A stretch of 21,594 nt of DNA from positions 1-21,594 of the forward strand of contig CAVPNL010000019.1 of assembly GCA_963706575.1 (NCBI GenBank). Reading direction: 5' to 3'. This stretch comes from an uncultured delta proteobacterium (GTDB lineage Bacteria; Desulfobacterota; Desulfobacteria; Desulfobacterales; JAHEIW01). How positions within the stretch are numbered: position 1 is the stretch's first letter; the number at the start of each line of letters is the position of its first letter. The position numbers were made by a program, and so were the translations under genes. Positions 1 to 8,228 of this stretch are shown in pieces. A model generated the notes under the pieces. That model searched no databases. It saw nothing but the letters and a program-made list of their open reading frames with translations, and was not told where the DNA came from.

Positions 1-1
1 G

Positions 2-1547
2 CTGCCGTTTAAGATCAATGCCGAAAAGGATATGACATTTCTGCAAACGGCATCTTTGACATGCTCACATCACGCCTGTCAAAGGAGGGCGAGGTGGTCG
101 TGATCGGCCGGCAGGAAGCCGAAAGCGCGGTCGAGGCGCTGGGTGGCCCCGCTGCCGTTAATGAGTCTCTGGCCCGCAAAATCGGCTCCCAGCTAAATGC
201 GGATTACACCCTGTTTGGCAGTTTAACCGTTTTTGGAGACAGCATCAGCATTGATTCCAAAATGGTGGATGTTTCCGGAAACAGGCCCACCACGAGCTTT
301 TTGAACAAAGCCAGGATCTGGGCGGGGTCATTACCAAAATCAACCAGATCGCGGTAGAGATCAATGCCAATGTATTCGGCCGACAGGCAGAAGCGGCCTC
401 AAAAACAGCACCGCCGGCTAAAGTATCTGAACCGGCTCCAAAAGATGATACCCATGCTCACCCTGAAAAGCTTTTGAAAGGGCGCGGCGCAGAAGGCGAA
501 GGCGGTCCCATTATCATGACGGGCGAGGAAAAAGAGGCTCGAGGATTCTGGCGCAGCCCCAGCTTTAAGTACCTTATTAACGGCATTGCTCATGGGAGAT
601 GTGGACGGCGACGGCAAAACAGAAACCGTGGTGGTGACGCCCCATTCGGTAATGGTTACCCGCTTCGAAGACGGCAAATTTTTTAAGGTCCATGAAGCCG
701 ACGAAAACAAGGGGGCCTATAATATCGGAGTGGATGTCGCCGACATCAATGGAAACGGGCCTGCTGAAATTTTTGTAACCAGCCTCAACCTTCAGCGAAA
801 CACGCTTATTTCCTTTGTGCTGGAATATGCAGGCAAGGGTTTCGATAAAATCGTTGAAAATGTTCGCTGGTATTTTCGCGTAGCCGATCCGTCGGCGAGA
901 GGCAAAATTTTGCTTGGACAGAAACACAAATACGACAATGCGTTTACCGGCGGCATTTACGAAATGATCTGGCAGGGCCATGAATACGTTCCCTCGGGTA
1001 CGATAAATCTCGGTGACGCCGCTAATGCGCTGGGGCTTACACTCGGTGACATCACCAATGATGGCGAGGAAACTACCATTGCTTACAACGACTCCGACTA
1101 TCTTCGGATTATCGATCCCGGCGGCAAAGAGCTCTGGAAGGTAGGCGAGCGTTTCGGGGGCAGCACGCTTTACTATCAGATCCCGCGAGACAACCTGGGC
1201 GGCATCTCCAACCCGAAATATTATCCCATGCGGATCGTTGTCCGCAAAAACAAGACCGGAAACGACAGCGAGATCATTGCCGTTAAAAATCATGATCTTG
1301 CTTTCAGAAGACTTGAACAGTTCCGCAAATTCACAAAAACGCACATCCAATCATGGTCCTGGGATGGGTTCGGTCTGAGACCGATCTGGAAGACGCATCA
1401 AATTTCAGGATTCATCGAGATTTCGCCGTCGGTGATTTTAACAACAACGGGCAGCCGGTACTGATCGCGGCCCTCGTCATGAGTGAGGGAACCACCGTCC
1501 TGACCGACGCGAAAAGCCGTATCATCGCCTACGGCCTGCCGGATTAA
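2..1547 (+). CDS. FG-GAP/VCBS-repeat protein with N-terminal CsgG/TolB-N-like domain; 5'-truncated by the window, four apparent single-base frameshifts
   Basis: Joining frames at ~45-47 (A run), ~298-302 (T run), ~590-591 and ~1416 gives one coherent protein: LPFKINAEKDMTFLQ|NGIFDMLTSRL...TSF|FEQSQDLGG...NGIA|MGDVDGDGKTE...DINGNGPAE...GDITNDGEE...GFI|RDFAVGDFNNNGQP...YGLPD*. Repeated GD.DGDG-like motifs match FG-GAP/VCBS repeats. Merges ORF-track pieces 61..357, 474..686, 586..1464, 1353..1547. Confidence 0.75.
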
Positions 1548-1697
1548 CAGCGGTCAAGTGTGTGCCGGTTAAAAATTCTAGGATTGTGTCCCAGAAATAT
1601 TGTCTAAAATATTGTTAAATACTGAGGCTTGCTATCCGCCCGTCATTCCCGCGCGAGGCGGGAATCCAGGCTTCTTTGAAACTGGACTCCCGCCTGC

Positions 1698-1879
1698 CAG
1701 ACTGTTTCACAATTTAAAAATGGCATAGATAGCTATTTTGTCATTCCGGGCTTGACCCGGAATCCATTGCAGTTGTAGGGTTTTGTGTTTCTGGATGCCG
1801 GATCTGTCATCCCGGACCTGATCCGGGACCGGCATGACAGTCAGGATTCATGCACTTTTTTGCATTATGACACAGTCTG
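1698..1879. mobile_element. 182-bp MITE with 16-bp terminal inverted repeats and 4-bp target duplication
   Basis: CAGACTGTTTCACAAT (1698-1713) vs ATTATGACACAGTCTG (1864-1879): 14/16 inverted match. CTGC is directly repeated at 1694-1697 and 1880-1883. No coding capacity. Confidence 0.85.
1740..1838. repeat. Second REP-like family (GTCATTCCGG..CCGGAATCC) inside the MITE, with a third copy nested in the right unit
   Basis: GTCATTCCGGGCTTGACCCGGAATCCA 1740-1766; inverted unit TGGATGCCGGATCT (1792-1805) ... CCGGCATGAC (1829-1838) whose loop holds GTCATCCCGGACCTGATCCGGGA (1806-1828). Confidence 0.8.
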
Positions 1880-1963
1880 CTGCGCGGGAGTGACAATCAT
1901 TGCAGGGAGGGTGGTAAAATAAAAAAGCATCAATGGGAACGTGGGAAACGATGCGCGATTCAT

Positions 1964-1997
1964 AAAAAAAGCCCGGGGTAAAAATACCCCGGGCTTT
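1964..1997 (-). terminator. Rho-independent terminator of the porin gene (possibly bidirectional)
   Basis: Perfect 13-bp stem AAAGCCCGGGGTA (1968-1980) / TACCCCGGGCTTT (1985-1997), 4-nt loop; A7 at 1964-1970 gives a U tract on the minus strand, about 40 bp after the stop codon. Confidence 0.9.
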
Positions 1998-2039
1998 GTG
2001 TTCATTGCCTTCTAAACAGCGCTGAAACTAAAGACGCAT

Positions 2040-3179
2040 TTAGAAGTCGATCTGCCATTTGACGCTGAAGTAGGTTGAGTCACCTTCTTCTGTACCATTG
2101 GCATTGTCCTTCAGATCGATATAGCCGATTTCCGGAATGATGGAGACACCCGGTGCAGCGGTATAGTTCAGGTGCGCATAAAAAGCATAGGTTTCGTCCT
2201 TATTGTCACCGTCGCCTTTGACATCATCCTCGGTGTTTTCATAGCCGACGCCGCCCTCGACAGCCAGCTGGTCGGTAAAACGAAAGCCGATAACACCTAA
2301 CAGAAGCAGGGTATCGTTATCATCCCATTCGCCATCACCATTGGCCTTGCCGGTGTTCCTAGCATTAGCCCTGTTGGTAACCATACCCAGATCGTTAATA
2401 TTCAGACCGTAACCGACGTTGGCTTTGATATAGGCCGGACCCATATTGAATCCGCCGCCGGCGGTAACTATCCAGGCGTTAAGTTTGTCGTCGGGTGAAC
2501 CGGTATTTCCATCACCTTCCATGTCATAGCTCGCAAAAGCACCACCGACATCGAAGAAGAACGCATCGGCTGCAAAGTGATAATTGGCCTCGATGATGGG
2601 CATGTAGTAATCGATGTCTGCATCGCCGGTATCAGCGTTGAGCTGAGGCTCAACCAAGGCGATGTGCAGGTTTTGGCCCTCGCCGATGATCAGCTTGACC
2701 TGATCATCGCGGTGGGAAATGACACCGCCCGCACCTTCCGCACCGGCCATGCCGGCATCGTTAACCTGTTGACCACTGTAAAAATAGTTCAGCGGACGCC
2801 AGTCTCTTCCGAGGCGCAGTCTGAGGCTCGAATTAATCTTCCACTGGCCCCAGAGCAGCCTCACGCCGACGGCGTCGCTGAAAGAGGTCTCGAAGCGTCC
2901 CTGGACGGGATCGCCCTTGACTCTCGCGCCAATACGGGAGGTTCCCAGCTTATCCCAGAACAGCCCCGAGTCATCATCGTCTTGAGTCCAATCGGGTCCA
3001 TTATTACCGGTCTGGGTTGTCCAGGTACCATCTTGAAAGGTGTTGGTGGTCGCATCTTTTGAGTCCCACGTATGATACGATGTCTGCATACGGGCGCTGC
3101 CGTAAAAGTCCCACTCCAGTGCCATGGCCGGTGAAGCGATCAGGGCCAATGCAGCAATAGCTAAAATAATTTTCTTCAT
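2040..3179 (-). CDS. Outer-membrane beta-barrel porin-like protein (379 aa)
   Basis: Sec signal peptide MKKIILAIAALALIASPAMA, alternating aromatic/Gly beta-strand pattern, acidic loops, C-terminal YFSVKWQIDF ending in Phe; strong RBS AAGGAGG upstream; own promoter and terminator. Confidence 0.85.
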   Translation of the reverse strand: MKKIILAIAALALIASPAMALEWDFYGSARMQTSYHTWDSKDATTNTFQDGTWTTQTGNNGPDWTQDDDDSGLFWDKLGTSRIGARVKGDPVQGRFETSFSDAVGVRLLWGQWKINSSLRLRLGRDWRPLNYFYSGQQVNDAGMAGAEGAGGVISHRDDQVKLIIGEGQNLHIALVEPQLNADTGDADIDYYMPIIEANYHFAADAFFFDVGGAFASYDMEGDGNTGSPDDKLNAWIVTAGGGFNMGPAYIKANVGYGLNINDLGMVTNRANARNTGKANGDGEWDDNDTLLLLGVIGFRFTDQLAVEGGVGYENTEDDVKGDGDNKDETYAFYAHLNYTAAPGVSIIPEIGYIDLKDNANGTEEGDSTYFSVKWQIDF

Positions 3180-3220
3180 CTTAATTTTCCTCCTTAACGG
3201 ATAATTAAAGTTTAACGCTT

Positions 3221-3254
3221 TTGCCTAATAATTAACTCACATTGCCTAATAATT
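3221..3254. promoter_or_regulatory. 13-bp perfect direct repeat in the porin leader, 21-bp period
   Basis: TTGCCTAATAATT at 3221-3233 and 3242-3254. The repeat is seen directly; the regulatory role is inferred. Confidence 0.45.
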
Positions 3255-3403
3255 TCCTGTGCTGCGCTGAATGTTGAATCGGTGCGGTTTCACCTCCTTC
3301 CCGCGCGATATTTGGCCGGCATCAGAGGGATTATATAAACCGTTTTCCATAGGTCCCCTTGCAGCCTTACGATATACTGATGCCGAACATGGAAATTCTA
3401 AAA

Positions 3404-3433
3404 ATCATAGAATGATGACAGGGGCGTTGTCAA
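3404..3433 (-). promoter_or_regulatory. Sigma70-type promoter for the porin gene
   Basis: Minus strand TTGACA (3433-3428), 18-bp spacer, TATGAT (3409-3404); implies a leader of about 220 nt. Confidence 0.7.
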
Positions 3434-3579
3434 GCTTTTTTGTGATTTATTTAAGGCTTCTAAATTATTGAAAATCCGCTTATCATGAACATCAAAATAA
3501 AAATCTCTGATAGCGGCGAATTATTCCTTCGAAGTGAAGCCCCGCTGGAATAAAATATGGCGATAAAAAGTGATCTTTA

Positions 3580-3637
3580 ACCACGAAAGCACAGAATTGA
3601 AATCACGACATTAAAAGCAATTTTTCGTGCTTTCGTG
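3580..3637. repeat. Gene-less inverted pair of the CACGAAAGCAC repeat (same family as the GxxExxY flanks)
   Basis: CACGAAAGCAC 3582-3592 and GTGCTTTCGTG 3627-3637 are perfect reverse complements. ACCACGAAAGCAC (3580-3592) equals 8545-8557; TTTTCGTGCTTTCGTG (3622-3637) equals 9025-9040. Confidence 0.8.
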
Positions 3638-3720
3638 ATAATTTTTTTGCGATTTAACGTTCGGCACCCTATGGCTCACAATTTATTTTAAAGCATCGAC
3701 AACCGTGCAAACTCCTTGAT

Positions 3721-5517
3721 TTAAACAACACGCTTAAACGATTTTTCCAGGGTGTCCAGATTCCAACGGACCCAGGTGGGCCGCCCGTGGGGGCAATGGG
3801 ACGGGTTTTCACAGTCATCCAACTGCTGAAGCAGCTTCCGGATCTGTTGGCCGTCAAGCGTCTGATTGGCCCGCATGGCCCCATGGCAGGCCATCACCCT
3901 GCGGCACTCATCCAGAACCTCCTTCAAACCCGGTGAACCGCCCGCCGCCGCGGTTTTCTCAACGATTTCATAAATCAGGGGTCTGACGTCCCGCCCGGCA
4001 AGCAATAGCGGTACCGCCTTGACGACAAAGGTATTTTTGCCAAACGGTTCAATCTCCAATCCCAGGATCTTTAAATCCGACATCATCTGTTCCAGGATCT
4101 CGGCCTCGCTGAAATTTAACTCAAGGGTTTCGGGCACCACAAGCTTCTGGGCGGCAGATGGCTGATCGGCGGCACGCCGCTGGAGCTGTTCATAGAGAAT
4201 GCGCTCATGGGCGGCGTGGTGGTCGATGAGCACCAGACCGGCATCGGATTCACACACAATATAGGTGTTGTGCAGCTGGCCGACCACCCTTAAAGCGCTA
4301 AAGCCCTTGGTGTCGAAGATCGGCTCCTGGCCCCCCTGGCTAGTGACTGGTGGCAGCTCGCTGCTGGCTGCTGGCTGCTGGCTACTGGCTGCTGTTCTCG
4401 GTCCTCTGTTATTAATTCCGAAATCCGAAATCCGAAATCCGAAATCGCCTTTGACCGCCTCTGAAACCTGTCCGTATTTGGGTGTCGTATTGGCCGCCGG
4501 ATAATTCGATCGGCCCCATTGTAAGCGATCGACTTCATACAGCCTCTGGGCGATGGCGCTTTTTACGGCTTCATGCACCGCGTGCGGGTTTACAAAGCGA
4601 ACTTCATTTTTGGTCGGATGCACGTTGACATCCACCTGATCAAAAGAAATTTCGATAAAAACAACAGCGATGGGGAATTGCCCCTTGACCAGGCGCTGCG
4701 CAAACCCCTTAAAGATACCGTGCTGAATCGTCCGGTCGCGTACGAACCTGCCGTTGACAAAAATGTAGAGCCCCCGGGAGGTGCGGCGCGTCACCCGCGG
4801 AGAACAGATCCAGCCGGATATCGAAAGGCCGTTGCGCTTAAATTCGATGGCATGCAGATCCGGCCGGGAATCTTTGCCAAGCACATCCGCCACCCGGTCG
4901 AGATGCTGTGAAACCGGCGGCCAGCTTTTAACCGTTTTATTGTTATGGCTCAGGCGAAACTGCACCCCGGGACGGCCCAGGGCCATCCGGGCAACGGTAT
5001 CGGCGATGTGGCTCATTTCGGTGCCGACCGTTTTTAAAAATTTTTTGCGGGCCGGTGTGTTAAAAAATAGCTGCTTGACCGAAATCATGGTTCCCAGCGG
5101 GGCCCCGACCTCGGAAACACTTTTTATTTTGCCGCCGTCGACAATGATCTCCGTGCCTGCATCCGAGGCCTTATCGCGGGTAATCAGTTGAAAGCGCGAT
5201 ACCGAGGCAATACTGGGCAGGGCTTCGCCCCTGAAGCCCAGGGTGCGGATGGCAAACAAATCATCAGCGCTGGATATTTTGCTGGTGGCGTAACGCTCGA
5301 TGGCTAAAAGCGCATCATCGTGATTCATGCCGACGCCATTGTCGGAGACCTGAATCAGGGACTGGCCGCCTTTTTCGACTTCTACGATAATGCGGGTGCT
5401 TTCGGCATCCAGCGCATTTTCCAACAATTCTTTGACCACTGAAGCCGGCCGTTCAACCACCTCACCGGCCGCAATTTTGTTGGAGAGGTTTTCGGGTAAT
5501 ATTCTAATATTGGCCAT
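3721..5517 (-). CDS. mutL: DNA mismatch repair endonuclease MutL
   Basis: KIAAGEVVERPASVVKELLENALDA, GFRGEALPSI, VDVNVHPTKNEVRF; C-terminal endonuclease motifs DHHAAHERILYE, ACH and CPHGRP. Confidence 0.98.
   Translation of the reverse strand: MANIRILPENLSNKIAAGEVVERPASVVKELLENALDAESTRIIVEVEKGGQSLIQVSDNGVGMNHDDALLAIERYATSKISSADDLFAIRTLGFRGEALPSIASVSRFQLITRDKASDAGTEIIVDGGKIKSVSEVGAPLGTMISVKQLFFNTPARKKFLKTVGTEMSHIADTVARMALGRPGVQFRLSHNNKTVKSWPPVSQHLDRVADVLGKDSRPDLHAIEFKRNGLSISGWICSPRVTRRTSRGLYIFVNGRFVRDRTIQHGIFKGFAQRLVKGQFPIAVVFIEISFDQVDVNVHPTKNEVRFVNPHAVHEAVKSAIAQRLYEVDRLQWGRSNYPAANTTPKYGQVSEAVKGDFGFRISDFGINNRGPRTAASSQQPAASSELPPVTSQGGQEPIFDTKGFSALRVVGQLHNTYIVCESDAGLVLIDHHAAHERILYEQLQRRAADQPSAAQKLVVPETLELNFSEAEILEQMMSDLKILGLEIEPFGKNTFVVKAVPLLLAGRDVRPLIYEIVEKTAAAGGSPGLKEVLDECRRVMACHGAMRANQTLDGQQIRKLLQQLDDCENPSHCPHGRPTWVRWNLDTLEKSFKRVV
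4339..4446. repeat. 7-bp tandem arrays inside the mutL linker
   Basis: GCTGCTG x5 (4360-4394, one copy GCTACTG), degenerate heptamers on either side, and TCCGAAA x4 (4417-4444); translated as DFGFRISDFG and AASSQQPAAS. Confidence 0.9.
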
Positions 5518-5554
5518 TTTTGTTCCTACAACAATTTTCGTATGTTCACTTTCA

Positions 5555-5678
5555 ATCGCGGCTGGAAGCCGCTCCCACAGGCCGCTCTCACATCTAATTC
5601 GAATCCATCAATATTAGTGGGAGTGGCCTGCGGCTGTGGGAGTGGCCTGCGGCTGTGGGAGTGGCCTCCGGCCACGAT
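5555..5678. repeat. GTGG-type REP cluster downstream of the RAYT gene
   Basis: ATCGCGGCTGGAAGCCGCTCCCAC 5555-5578 (inverted REP), partial copy 5581-5592, two truncated 19-bp units GTGGGAGTGGCCTGCGGCT (5617-5635, 5636-5654) and full GTGGGAGTGGCCTCCGGCCACGAT (5655-5678). Confidence 0.9.
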
Positions 5679-5693
5679 TCCTATTAATAACCT

Positions 5694-6155
5694 CTAAACA
5701 GACCACCTGCAATACCAATAAGGGTATTCGTGAAAGTCATCAACTAACTTAGCACGTACTGGGTTATTTAGAGTGTAAAGCACTACTTCATTTAGGTCTT
5801 CATCCTTTCGCAATGCGTGATCATGATATTGCGGCTGCCAGAAAACGCCATGCCTTTTTAGCAAAGCATTTATCTTTTTGGCTGTGTAGCTTTTTAAACT
5901 GTGCAATAGCCGATCTAACGAATCCTGCCGCAAGGCAACAACAAAGTGCAAATGGTCAGGCATGATTACGGCGGCATCGAGTGTAATTCTTTTCTGAGAT
6001 TCGAGCCAGTGCAAACTGGATAGAACAATTTGAGCTGCTTCAGGGTGATTCAATACCGGCCTTCTTTTATGTACCGCCGTTGTAATCAGATAAGGCTGAT
6101 TTTGAATGGAAGTGCGGCCTTTGCGCAGTGAGTGAGAGCCCTTTTGGGGTTTCAT
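5694..6155 (-). CDS. rayT: REP-associated tyrosine transposase (RAYT, Y1/HUH family), 153 aa
   Basis: YLITT, IMPDHLH (HUH), SLKSYTA, FWQPQYHDHALR, Y..NNPVRAKLV, YPYW motifs; flanked both sides by REP pairs. Start moved to ATG 6155 because the longer ORF-track N-terminus just translates a REP. Confidence 0.92.
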   Translation of the reverse strand: MKPQKGSHSLRKGRTSIQNQPYLITTAVHKRRPVLNHPEAAQIVLSSLHWLESQKRITLDAAVIMPDHLHFVVALRQDSLDRLLHSLKSYTAKKINALLKRHGVFWQPQYHDHALRKDEDLNEVVLYTLNNPVRAKLVDDFHEYPYWYCRWSV

Positions 6156-6188
6156 TTGTTTTAGGATAATTTGAGGGTTTCTTTTTGA

Positions 6189-6258
6189 ATCGCGGCTGGA
6201 AGCCGCTCCCACTCCATACAAAATGACAATGTTTGTGGGAGCGGCTTCCAGCCGCGAT
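6189..6258. repeat. Inverted REP doublet (REPIN-like) upstream of RAYT
   Basis: ATCGCGGCTGGAAGCCGCTCCCAC 6189-6212 and its exact reverse complement GTGGGAGCGGCTTCCAGCCGCGAT 6235-6258; identical to 5555-5578. Confidence 0.93.
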
Positions 6259-6261
6259 CCT

Positions 6262-6444
6262 TTAATCCTGTTTCTCTTTCAAGGTTTTCAGAAGATACTC
6301 TGCATCCATCGGCGATAGATCGAATTTCAGGCAGGCTTCCTCGATAAGCTTGGATGTTTGGGCCTCCGGATTAAATTTACGTTCTTCAGAGATCCATTTG
6401 ACGGCTCTTCTTAAATCTTCACCTTCGGGTTGTACGGTGGTCAT
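6262..6444 (-). CDS. Small helical hypothetical protein (60 aa)
   Basis: RBS AAGGAG before ATG, same strand as neighbours, natural-looking sequence (PEGEDLRRAVKWIS...IEEACLKFDLSP). I recall similar unannotated proteins in Desulfobacterota; not verified. Confidence 0.75.
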   Translation of the reverse strand: MTTVQPEGEDLRRAVKWISEERKFNPEAQTSKLIEEACLKFDLSPMDAEYLLKTLKEKQD

Positions 6445-6487
6445 AACGGCAGTCTCCTTCGTCAGTGGTCAATTGGCCGAACATAAA

Positions 6488-6583
6488 AGCATAGCGCATG
6501 GCGCAGAGCGCAAAGAGTTAAAAAAAGAAAAATAGGCAAATAGAAACGCTATGCCGCTTTGTTTCATGCGCTTTGCGCTTTGC
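6488..6583. repeat. Heptamer (CGCAnAG) inverted-array element, copy 1
   Basis: AGCATAG CGCATGG CGCAGAG CGCAAAG (6488-6515) facing inverted units ..CATGCG CTTTGCG CTTTGC (to 6583); 6544-6571 matches 12009-12036 at 27/28. Confidence 0.8.
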
Positions 6584-8044
6584 TACAGGTCGGGTTTTTT
6601 TTTGTGAAAATCCGTGGCCTGTTCGAAATTATAGGCCACTTTAAAAAGCATCTCTTCGTTAAAATGCTTGCCCATTAATTGCAGCCCGATGGGAAGGCCC
6701 TGTTTTGAAAATCCACAGGGGATCGACATACCGGGGATCCCGGCCAGGTTTGCCGAAATGGTGAAAATGTCCGACAGGTACATGGTCAGCGGGTCATCAA
6801 CCTTCTCACCGATTTTAAATGCCGGGGTCGGGGCCACCGGGCATAACAGCACATCGCATTTTTCAAACGCTTTGGCAAAATCCTCCATGATCAAAGTCCG
6901 CACCTGGGAGGCTTTGCCGTAATAAGCATCGTAATAGCCGGCCGAAAGGCAGTAGGTCCCGATAACGATGCGCCGCTGAACTTCGGGACCGAAACCATGA
7001 GAGCGCGTGCTGCGGTACATTTTAATCATGTCGGTTTGATTTTTGTCCCGCATGCCGTATTTAACGCCATCGTAGCGCGCCAGATTTGAGCTTGCCTCTG
7101 AGGGCGCAATCACATAGTAAACGGCCACAGCATATTCGGTATGCGGCAGGGACACCTCCATTTTTTCAGCACCCAGATCCTCGATCACCTTGACAGCGCT
7201 ATCGACTGCCGCCGACACTTCGGAATCGATTCCCTCAGTGGCGTGTGTACTCTCTGGGGATACCCACCCGGACGCCGTTTAATCCCTTTTGTAAAGCAGC
7301 GGTATAATCAGGCACCTCCCGGGAAACGGACGTAGAATCTGCAGGATCATAACCGGCAATTGTCTTGAGCATTATGGCGCAATCCGAGACATTCTTTGCC
7401 AGGGGCCCGATTTGATCCAGAGAGGATGCAAACGCCACCAGTCCGTATCGGGATACCCGTCCGTAGGTCGGCTTCATGCCCACCGTGCTGCAATATGACG
7501 CCGGCTGCCGGATGGACCCGCCCGTATCCGAGCCTAAAGCGCCCAGGCACATATCGGCGGCAACCGCAGCTGCCGAGCCGCCGCTGGATCCGCCCGGCAC
7601 ATAGGCCAGATCCCAGGGGTTGCGGGTAATTTTGTAACCCGAGTTTTCGGTGGACGAGCCCATGGCAAATTCATCCATGTTTGCTTTACCGGCAATTACC
7701 GCCCCCGCTTTGTTGAGTTTGCCGATTACCGTGGCATTATAGGGCGGCACAAAATTTTCAAGAATTTTAGAGCCGCATGTCGTTGGCACGCCCCGGGTGC
7801 AGATGACATCTTTGATGGCAAGCGGAATTCCGGTCAACGACTCACAATGACCGCTGGCAATCTTTTGATCTGCTTCTTTCGCCTGTTCCATTGCAGTTTT
7901 TTCCGAGACCGTAATAAACGCATCAACTTTTCCTTCCACTGTGTCAATGCGATCCAATACCGCGCGGGTTAACTCCACCGAAGATATTTCTTTGGTTTTT
8001 AATAACCGGTGAGCCTTTTCTATTGTTAACTCAAATAATTCCAT
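6583..8044 (-). CDS. gatA: Asp/Glu-tRNA(Asn/Gln) amidotransferase subunit A, one apparent frameshift near 7243-7249
   Basis: Amidase signature [41 protein letters not shown]. ORFs 7235..8044 and 6583..7218 join if one base is removed in minus-strand TACACAC: ...IPREY(T)[13 protein letters not shown]... Confidence 0.95.
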
Positions 8045-8081
8045 AATACCTTTTCGTTTTTTTCTTTTAACAATATTTTGT

Positions 8082-8228
8082 ATGATGCGTTTGAAAAAGG
8101 TTCAATTTTGTTCAATTTCAAGGAAAGCGAGGATTTTAACCACAGGCATACTTGGTTGTATGTCGAGGATTAAAACCGGAGCTTGACACAGAAATTGGGC
8201 AAAAGGGGGCCTTTTTCAAATGCATCAT
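8082..8228. mobile_element. ~147-bp MITE between gatC and gatA
   Basis: ATGATGCGTTTGAAAAAGG (8082-8100) vs CCTTTTTCAAATGCATCAT (8210-8228): 18/19 inverted match; internal imperfect hairpin TTTTAA..GCATAC / GTATGT..TTAAAA. The outer AT may be a 2-bp duplication or part of the TIR. Confidence 0.82.

Larger units (their letters stand above)
1642..1894. repeat. Inverted pair of GTCATTCCCGCG..GCGGGAATCC palindromic repeats (dRS3-like REP), right copy split by a MITE
   Basis: Left copy GTCATTCCCGCGCGAGGCGGGAATCCAG 1642-1669. Right copy CTGGACTCCCGCCTGC (1682-1697) plus GCGGGAGTGAC (1884-1894) rejoins to a near reverse complement of the left copy. Confidence 0.85.

Noticed and set aside
577..1350. 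257-aa minus-strand ORF
   Set aside because: Antisense shadow of the FG-GAP gene with no recognisable motifs.
3271..3471. 66-aa plus-strand ORF
   Set aside because: Overlaps the porin promoter and leader in antisense; no RBS or protein-like features.
5617..5678. Three tandem ~19-bp repeats resembling a mini-CRISPR
   Set aside because: No spacers and no cas genes; the units are truncated copies of the RAYT REP.
5694..6155. IS200/IS605 TnpA with a TnpB partner
   Set aside because: No tnpB; REP flanks and the WQ..Y.DH and NNP motifs indicate RAYT.
6156..6221. Longer RAYT N-terminus MYGVGAASSRDS...
   Set aside because: It is a translation of the REP palindrome; ATG 6155 is more plausible.
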